64,000 nt of DNA from Octopus vulgaris. Its lineage: Eukaryota. Shown in pieces: positions 54,645-64,000 of the stretch; position 1 is the stretch's first letter; each line of letters starts with the position of its first letter. Below the pieces are notes generated by a model. It did no database searches and had not been told where the DNA came from. It worked only from the letters and a program-made list of their open reading frames with translations. The translations under genes and the position numbers were made by a program. The stretch is taken from positions 45,942,001 through 46,006,000 of the forward strand of contig OX597815.1 of NCBI GenBank assembly GCA_951406725.2, written 5' to 3'.

Positions 54645-55466
54645 TTTTATTCTTTTCTTTTATTTGTTTCAGTCATTTGACTGCGGCCATCGCGGAGCAC
54701 CGCCTTTAGTCGAATAAATCAACGCCAGGACTTATTTTTTGTAAGCCATAGAACTTATTCTCTCGGTGTCTTTTGCCGAACCGCTAAGTTACGGGTACGT
54801 AAGTGCACCAACATCTGTTGTCAAGCGATGGTTGGGGACAAACAGACACGGGCTTCCTTTAGTTTCCGTCTACCAAATCCACTCACAAGGCTTTGGCCAG
54901 CCCGAGGCTATAGTAGAAGACACTTGACCAAGGTGCCACGCAGTGGGCCTAAATTCGGAACCATGTGGTTGGTTAGCAAGCTACCTACCACACAGCCACT
55001 CCTGCGCACAAGCGGGGCTGTGTGACACAAGCATAGACGGGGCTGTGTGGTAAGAAGCTTGCTTTCTTACATTGCCATGAAGGCAATGTAAGAAATAAAG
55101 AACCTTGCCTCCAAACAACATATTCCCGGATTTAGTCCCACTATGTGGCATCTCGAGTACGTGTCTCTTACTGTAGCTTTGAGCCGACCAAAGCGTTGTG
55201 AGTGGATTTGGTAGACGGAAACTGAAAGAAGCCAGTTGTATATATGTATATATATATAACGTTAGCGCGCCGGGCGAAATGCTTAGCGGTATTTCGTCTG
55301 TCGTTACGTTGTGAGTTCAAATTCCACCGAGGTCGACTTTGCTTTTCATCCTTTCGGGGTCGATAAATTAAGTACCAGTTACCCACTGGGGTCGATGTAA
55401 TCGACTTAATCCCTTTGTCTGTCCTTGTTTGTCCCCTCTATGTTTGACCCCTTGTGGGTAGTAAAG

Positions 55467-55559
<93 letters not shown>

Positions 55560-56203
55560 TGTGTAATACATTTATATTATTAGATAAACTATTTTAGGTG
55601 AAATCAAGCATTTAATAATTTATAACTGAAGTCGTATTGCTTGTGTTAAAGTATGAAGAAACATGGAGTATCAAAATATATAAAAATGCTAGCGTCCGAT
55701 GTCTTACGTAATCCATTCTATATTAAGTAGCAATAATTACATTGTGATTGATGGATAAATACATAAATTTAATTGAATATGCGTGCATTTATCTCTCTTC
55801 ATATATACATATATACATATATTTATGTCTATATATATATATATATATATAGGAACTAAAATCTAAGACGTTAATATGTTTGTGTGCGTGACTGTGTGTC
55901 TGTGAGAGGGGCATACGTATTTGTGCACGCGTGTGTGTGTGAGTGCACATGCATTCGTTACTGATGTGAGCATATATTTCAAAGTTCTAACGAGAATATT
56001 TCTTCGTGTAATAGGGATCTATGAAGTAGAAAGGAGTAAAATTTCACAGCAATAATTTATGAAAATGAATTTGTAAAAATTACTTAGACGTAATCGTGGG
56101 GAAGAAAACAATGCGGAAATATTTTAAGTATACATTTTTCATACATCCGTTTTTGAATCCATGTTGCAAATTGAAATGTATATCTAGAGTTTTATGTATA
56201 TAA

Positions 56204-56326
<123 letters not shown>

Positions 56327-56527
56327 CACACACCCTATTTGCTTGTATCTGATAGAGTGATAGAATGATCAGTATGAAAGCATAGTTTGATCAACACCAG
56401 TTACTACTCATTATCCATAAACATTTCTGCTAGAAAATTGGATCTCTGTCCTAGGAAGGGACATAAATATATGTGCTTTAATTTGTCATCGGCCCTCGAC
56501 TTATCGATGAATTTGTAGGAGAGTCGT

Positions 56528-56589
56528 TGTTGAGATACGCCATGTTGACATACGCCATGTTGACATACGCCATGTTGACATACGCCATG
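56528..56589. repeat. 15-bp tandem repeat (ATACGCCATGTTGAC), about 4 copies
   Basis: Directly visible. Gives the CQHGV repeat in ORF 56404-56652. Confidence 0.9.
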
Positions 56590-58661
56590 CACTTTAATTC
56601 TTAGGGGTTCATCCCTCTCCAGCAAATTTCTTCTAAACAGAAAGACAGACATATTCAGAAAGAGAGAGAGATGAATTACTGAAAAGACAAAGCTACTACT
56701 TTATTTATCGACCCCCAAAAGAACGAAAAGTAAATCTGACCTCGGTGAGATTTGAATCCAGAGCGTGGAGATCCGGAACGATTAACGCAAGTCAGTCTCT
56801 TGCAACTCTCTTACAATTCGTTATTTATATGCTAGTTTATTTGAATGTAAAGTTTGAATTTAACATTTGTGTTTTGGGGGAGTTAAAGGTTTGTGGAAGA
56901 TTTACTTATATAGTTAAAATTTTCTAAATATTAATCAGATAACATCTGGAACAATTAACTCCAAATTAGAAATCTACTGATCAACTAATCTTTCTACTTA
57001 TTTATATACTTTTGTGGATCTTAAATAACGGGCTAAACAGATTGCTATATCTAAAACACCATGACATAATAAATAAACTTAATAATAAACCTTCTTACAA
57101 GCTCTTTCACACCTGAGTGAACTCTGAACAATAACCTCTACCTTCCCAATCAAACAAGTTAAAGCCCCTAAGTAATATTCAAATAACACCAACAAGAAAA
57201 GAAATTTGCGAACCAACCAACATTCTCACCTACTTATATTCAAGTGTGAAGCCTTAAAAAAAACAAGATAACCAAATTTCTATAGTAAAAACTCTATGAC
57301 CTAAAGCTGATACACCTAAATTAACACAACATAATAACTGGAAAGTCTTACATGTTGAACTGAACTCTGAGTAATAACCTACTCTTTTCCAAATAAACAG
57401 ATTAAATGTCAGGTCAGTGTACAAATGATATCAACAGCAATAACTAAACCTAGTTACACATCTGCTGACCAATATTTTTTTTGTGAATCCTAAAAAACAA
57501 CCCCAATACCTGAAGCTAACGCACCTAAACATATACACCTGATTATAAAGTTTTACGTGCATGACTGAATCTTGGACAGTTACACAACTCTAACTTTTAT
57601 GAATAAAAATGATTCTATAATATCTTTCTATCAGAATTCCCCCTATAATCTAATTGTCGTTCCTCAGTACTCCACCTACTCCAGAAAAAAGAGTCTATAT
57701 AAAGCCAAGATAAACTCAGATATACCACAGTTCGATGAAGGCTAAGCTGGTCGAAACTTCGAAGTCACTTGTCAACACTATTCTTGAAAAAAAATAGAGT
57801 GACTGTATGGTAAGAAGTTTGTGGTGGGCTGGCAGAAAAGTTAGCACGCTGGACGAAATGCTTAACGGTATTTCGTCTGCCTTTACGTTCTGAGTTCAAA
57901 TTCTGCCAAGGTCGACTTTGCCTTTCATCCTTTCGAGGTCGATAAATTAAGTACCAGTTACGCACTGGGTCAATGTAATAGACTTAATCCCTTTGTCTGT
58001 CCTTGTTTGTCCCATCTATGTTTAGCCCCTTGTGGGCAATAAAGAAATAAGAAGCTTGCTTCTCAACCACATGGTTTCGGGTTCAGTGCTATTGCGAGAC
58101 ATCTTGGGCAAGTGCCTTCTACTATAGCTTCGGGGCGATCAAAGCCTTGTGAGTGGATTTAGTAGACGAAATATGAAAGAAGCTAGTCGAATATATTGCA
58201 TATATATATATATATATATATAAAGTTCAGTAAAATTTAGATTCAGATAATTATGATACTTAAGTTGAAGGCACCAGAATTTAGTATGGTATTATCCATA
58301 TAATTTAAAATAAGGTGATTATAATTAAAATAAGCAACAAAGATATCCATAGGTAATGCAGTACGATCGTAACATGCGACTCCATTTAATTGAACAATGA
58401 AAACATTACGTCAATTTAAAATGTAGAGCAATCTTCAGTGCATAAAAATATAGAATTTAGCTAAATTCGAAGGACTCATTTGTATAATTTTATCCCAAAT
58501 CACCAAGAGGATAAGGAGATAGACAAAGAACATGTTTTACCAGCATGTTGTTGGCCCTCCTAACCACTTAGACCTCTGAAAAAGCCTAGATGCACACTCA
58601 TCATCCAAACTTTATCTGTCCATCCCTACAGAAAACTGAAGAGCTGGAGATGGCATGGAGG

Positions 58662-58709
<48 letters not shown>

Positions 58710-58745
58710 ATATATATAATATATATAATATATATATAATATATA

Positions 58746-58792
<47 letters not shown>

Positions 58793-58983
58793 ATATGATA
58801 TAATATAATATATATAATATCGGCGCAGGAGTGGCTGTGTTGTAAGTAGCTTGCTTACCAACCACATGGTTCCGGGTTCAGTCCCACTGCGTGGCATCTT
58901 GGGCAAGTGTCTTCTACTATAGCCTCGGACCGACCAAAGCCTTGTGAGTGGATTTGGTAGACAGAAACTGAAAGAAGCCTGTC

Positions 58984-59108
<125 letters not shown>

Positions 59109-59114
59109 ATATAT

Positions 59115-59172
<58 letters not shown>

Positions 59173-59342
59173 TAAATTAGAGATAAAACTACTATTAGGC
59201 AAATCAAACAGTGAAAAACATAAACCAAAACATAAAAATAAAAATAACTAATATAATTTACAAAATATCTAAAATTTATATTATTAAATTTAAAATTGTT
59301 TTTATTTATATTTATAAATTACTTTATATATATATTTATATA

Positions 59343-59391
<49 letters not shown>

Positions 59392-59428
59392 AATTAAGGA
59401 CTGCACATGAAAAGTGGACACCCTAAAT

Positions 59429-59544
<116 letters not shown>

Positions 59545-60839
59545 TAATATATAATATACATATAATATATATATATTGTTGAAGTCAAGACTCGTTTTTG
59601 AATATCTCGAAATACACTCAATGCTGTAATAAATAGTATGTAAATATTGTGTTGAAACGCACTTTTCTATATATATATATATATATATATAAAAAGGTCG
59701 AATGCTGCTCGTGGGATGTCTCCTGAAAACGTGACAATGAATCAAAGTAATCCTCCGAATTTCTCTATAAATTTCAGAAACTTTCCGCCCCCATGTGTCG
59801 ATCCCCACCATTTCCATCATTGACAATGCTTATGTTAGTAAAAATAACCATTTTTTAAATACAATTTCTTTTTATACAAAAGACTAGCGAAATGCTATCA
59901 ACTGTTCAGTGTCAAATACGTTAAATCGGAACATTTTTAGGAAAATATCTTTTTCCTACAGACAATACCCCAGATACCCATTTGTGAGTTGCAACATATC
60001 TGTTACTGATCTTGAGATGAGATTATATCGTCGAATGATATAAGATTATATCGTTGAATGTGTCCTTTTTAAAGGCTGTAGAGTGTGATTTGAACGAGAT
60101 TTGGTTGATATTTCATATTGATTGTAACTATTTAAGACCAGATCAGTCCTACTCGAATTAGTGAGATCATGATCAAAGAACATCTCGCTTAGGCCATTCG
60201 CCTTTTATTTTATGTCATTCTTGTCAAGCAAAACTTTATATAGGATTATAATATTCATCGTATATTTTCTTTTCTCTTTTGTTTTTTAAAAAGTAATTTG
60301 GGATTTGAGGGAGGTTTGCTTACTCTTTCTAGCAGGGGTAGTAATTGTGTTGACACTCCAGAGATTTCGTTCACAAAGGATGTAACTGACAGAGATAAAT
60401 TTCTCTTGACGTTTCTAAGAATTGGAAAGGATTGAAACCGATAGGATGACAAAAAGAGGATAGAATGAGCGAACGAGGGAGAGTGAGAGAGAGAAAGAAA
60501 GAAAGAGAGAGAGAGAGAGAGGAGGAGAGGAGGAGGGAGAGAAAGAAAGCAGAAAGAGTAGTGGGAAATTGCAACGTTGGAAATAAATGATATGGAAATG
60601 TAAGTGACAAGAAACATAGAAGGAAAACAAACAGAAATAAAAAACAAAGATTATGAAATATTGAAAAGATGACAAGTTTTCCTAAAAAATATTCCTTTTC
60701 GAAATGTCAAAGCACAGATTGCAAATGTCAGTATCATTATTGATAGGATACAGCCACATATTTCGATATGTGCATGGAAACCTATGATCATCAAAATTAT
60801 AAGCTCAAAACTTTCTTCTGGTACTTTCGAACGCTTAGA

Positions 60840-61310
60840 GAAACCACTCCTAGAATGACAACTCTGCATTCTCGGGGAAACAATATGTTATTATAACAAT
60901 AAACTATACTATAGAAGCAAGCAGACCAGATATTATTACAGAGGACAAAAGAAACATACAGAGTAAGCTCATGGATTTTGCTATAACGTATGATAATAGA
61001 AATGATATCAAATAAGTTGTAAAAACTGTAAAACATCAGGACCTCGCCAGAGATATTGTAGAAAACTAAAACAGCAATTCTTTCTGTGGTAGTAGATTCA
61101 GTTTGCGCAAAACCCAAAGAGAGGCTTGAGGATATTCGGATTCAAATTTTCGTTGTCGATCTACAGAAAAGTGCAGTCTTGTATTTTACTATAATACCAA
61201 GAAACATTAAACAGATTTGAGGAGACTTGTCGTCACCAAACCACATTATAACATCCCTGCTAATTGAATTAGCATGTCATAGCTTTGGACTGATACTGAT
61301 GATGATGACG
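60840..61310 (+). mobile_element. Decayed third R4/Dong-type 3' fragment ending at (TAA)n
   Basis: TIEASRPDIITEDK...MDFAITYDNR...KHQDLAR...VVV...DLQKSAVL (RPD..D..K nuclease pattern), followed by (GAT)n/(AAT)n. Confidence 0.7.
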
Positions 61311-61371
<61 letters not shown>

Positions 61372-61478
61372 TAATAGTTTCAAATTTTGCCACAAGAGCA
61401 ACCATTATGGGGAGGGGATGTGTCGATTACATTGACTCCAGTGTTCAACTGGTACTTGATTATAATAATAATAATAAT

Positions 61479-61568
<90 letters not shown>

Positions 61569-61629
61569 CTTTTATTTTCCCGCTAGGCCGAAATAATTCA
61601 GGTCAATATTCTCCTCTGTATTCTTAAGC

Positions 61630-62030
61630 TTACAGGTACATGCTTAGAGTTGGTTCATTCACTCGGGGCTCATCATTACTACATTCATCCATCTTTTCAC
61701 GAATTTACTGGGTGGAGGGTGGGGGCAGCTCATCTCTCTCTTCCCTCACGTGCGGAACTTGAAAAAATCGATGAGGGCTTGACCAAAAAAGAAAGTATTT
61801 CTCTTCAGCTATTTTTGTTTCGCCTTCCAAACAGCCTCTTTTGCAAGAGACATAAGAAAGGGAAAAATATCCTGCCCTTTCAAAGGAAGGCGATAGAGCG
61901 TTCTTCACGATAGAATCGGCCGATAGTCGGATCCCTTCTAAACAGGATAGCATAAGTCAGCAATGCTCGAGCACTATCCTGGCGAAGTCAGCGATTTCTG
62001 GAAATTATCCATGGAGTCCGGCCCGAGTAT
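61630..62030 (-). mobile_element. Decayed L1/Tx1-type ORF2 C-terminal fragment
   Basis: Frameshifted peptides LMSLAKEAVWKA, NTFFFGQALIDFFKF and FVKRWMNV..RVNEPTLSM resemble the AK..IW..R...F..RW end of L1/Tx1 ORF2. Confidence 0.55.
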
Positions 62031-62448
62031 CTTCTAGAAATGAACAACTAGTCGATTATCATCGACGCTAAAAATTTCTCCGAAGAAATTTCCATTTATT
62101 TTTCAAGTTAAGCACAAATATAGTTTATAGTTATTATGTGTTTACCAACGATATACCCAAACGTGCGAACGTTGTTTATAAGACGAGGAATCAGAGTAGA
62201 ACATGAAAGAAGCTCGTAACAAACAGAGACTGCGAACCTGTTTCAGTATCTGCTTAATGTACTGGATAGCTTAATACTATTCATTGATATGTTCTCACAA
62301 TAAAGTTTTGCATCCGTGTAGCAATTCAGTCATACCTCTAGCTGTTGTCTGTGCACTGAAGATAATGTAGATTGAGCAGCATAAATTATTCGGTTTCGAT
62401 TCATGGCTATTTACTGTTCTAATACTTTTGGAGAGTGTAAGAAAATTA

Positions 62449-62482
<34 letters not shown>

Positions 62483-62484
<2 letters not shown>

Positions 62485-63907
62485 CAACATACACAGCAAT
62501 ATACAATTCACTATGGAACACAACAGTAAGCAACTCCCTTTTCTAGACATCTTAATGAGAATAGTTAACAACCACATAGAAACAGACATCTTTTATAAAC
62601 CCACAGATTCGAAACAATACCTATTATTTAACTCCTGCCACCCCAAACACATAAAAATCAACATACCCTTTAACCTAGCAAAAAGAATCTGCACCATAGT
62701 TTCCGATACATACACTCGAGAACATAGACTCCTTGAACTTAGATCTACACTAACTAAAAGACATTACCCAATCTCATTAGTAAATGAAGGCATCAAAAGA
62801 GCTAAGGAAATAGATATACAAAGGTTAAGGAAAACTAGCCGAAATACTAAACAAGACTTAAAAATACTCCCGTACATCTCCGCACATAACCCCAGAAGCA
62901 ACGAAGCCTTCAACATCATCACCCAAAACCTTCCCATCCTCACAGCAGACAAAACAATGAACAAAATTTTAAGCTCATATAAAATTATAAAAAGCAAAAA
63001 GCAACCCAAGTCACTGAAAAAATATTAACCAGCGCTAGACTTTACCCACTAACAATTGAGCCAAAAGGGACAAAATGTGGACGTTCTAACTGTGGAACAT
63101 ACCCCCACCTTCTGGAGGGTTCAGAATTCCAATTCAAACAAAGATAAATATTTAAGATCAAATCAAATTTCACCTGCGCCTCAGCAAATGTAATCTATGT
63201 CATGACATGCATAGGATGTGGTAAACTATATTGGACAAACAGGAATTTCGCTCCGTCAAAGAATCACCATTCACAAAGAGCAAATCCGTCACCCACAATA
63301 CAGACAGTTAAATGTGAGTGAACACATAGAAAGATGTGCCAGGAATCTTAATCTCAATTTCCAAATATTTCATTTTTACCAATGTTCACAGAACACCACA
63401 ATGCAACAAAAGTTGAATAAAGAGGCATTTTTCATTAATAAATTTCTCCCCCAACTAAATATGAACACACAACTCAATACAGAACACCACTAACTCTTCA
63501 ATTGAAACCACTAAACCCTATACACTTCCTACACCACTCACATCTCTAAATCCAGAACTACTTACCTCCCTTACAAATAATCCAGAACTACTTACCTCCC
63601 TTACAAATACTCTTTTTTCTCAGGAACTGTTAGACCTGACACCGTGTATTAACCGGTGTTGTTCAAACGATGAATAATTTTGCCGAAACCATGGTTCGTT
63701 TTGTTCTCTTACTTTATTATCATCTTATAATCATCTCATAATAATGACTTTTATGACTCGTAGTCAATCTAAAGGTATATCTTTGTCGTTACCTGTCATA
63801 AATAACCTTTTTTCTATTTGCAATGTGCATTTTCGTTGATTTTTCATATTTTACCCTTACATTTCCACGTGTATTTTATATTTTCTTTTCGTAACATATT
63901 TCTACTA
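62483..63907 (+). mobile_element. 5'-truncated Penelope-like element (RT thumb plus GIY-YIG, frameshifted) between (TA)n tracts
   Basis: IQFTMEHNSKQLPFLDI...FYKPTDSKQYLLFNSCHPKHIK; KCGRSNCGT; NFTCASANVIY; YIGQTGISLRQRITIHKEQI...PQLN. Confidence 0.92.
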
Positions 63908-64000
63908 TATATATATATATATATATATTTAAATACTATTGTATTTTACTCAGAAGGTATTGGAATCTTATATGTATACCATTCTGCCTAAATAATGCAT

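Noticed and set aside
58822-58890. tRNA gene candidates (A/B boxes)
   Set aside because: These are SINE heads continuing into SINE bodies; no complete cloverleaf seen.
60651-61117. Hydrophobic minus-strand ORFs resembling a membrane receptor
   Set aside because: The plus strand over most of this span matches an R4/Dong nuclease; the hydrophobicity comes from the antisense of A-rich sequence.

Overview
AT-rich, repeat-saturated animal genomic DNA, not prokaryotic. The SINE families, Penelope termini and microsatellite load suggest a cephalopod, probably Octopus (inference). Most ORFs in the supplied track are microsatellite read-throughs. Only one host gene is well supported: a minus-strand exon encoding a secreted chitin-binding (CBM14/peritrophin-A) protein with a basic Thr/Lys-rich tail. 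The rest is a dense mobile-element community: two abundant tRNA-type SINE families, Penelope-like elements (PLEs) sitting in (TA)n, several R4/Dong-type fragments sitting in (TAA)n, CR1/L2, RTE and L1/Tx1 fragments, an ORF1-only (HAL1-like) element, Helitrons, a deleted mariner, and hAT and Tc1/pogo MITEs. Four signals stand out. (1) An intact type I hammerhead ribozyme lies in a direct-repeat-bounded non-coding unit, with many variant or decayed hammerheads elsewhere. (2) Three independent retro-insertions hit the same site of one SINE family, and an ORF1-only element and a SINE subfamily share a 3' motif. (3) A ~6 kb Helitron carries a 2 kb decamer satellite. (4) A non-coding cassette sits inside (TAA)n next to Dong remnants. 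All calls were made by eye; no database searches were run.
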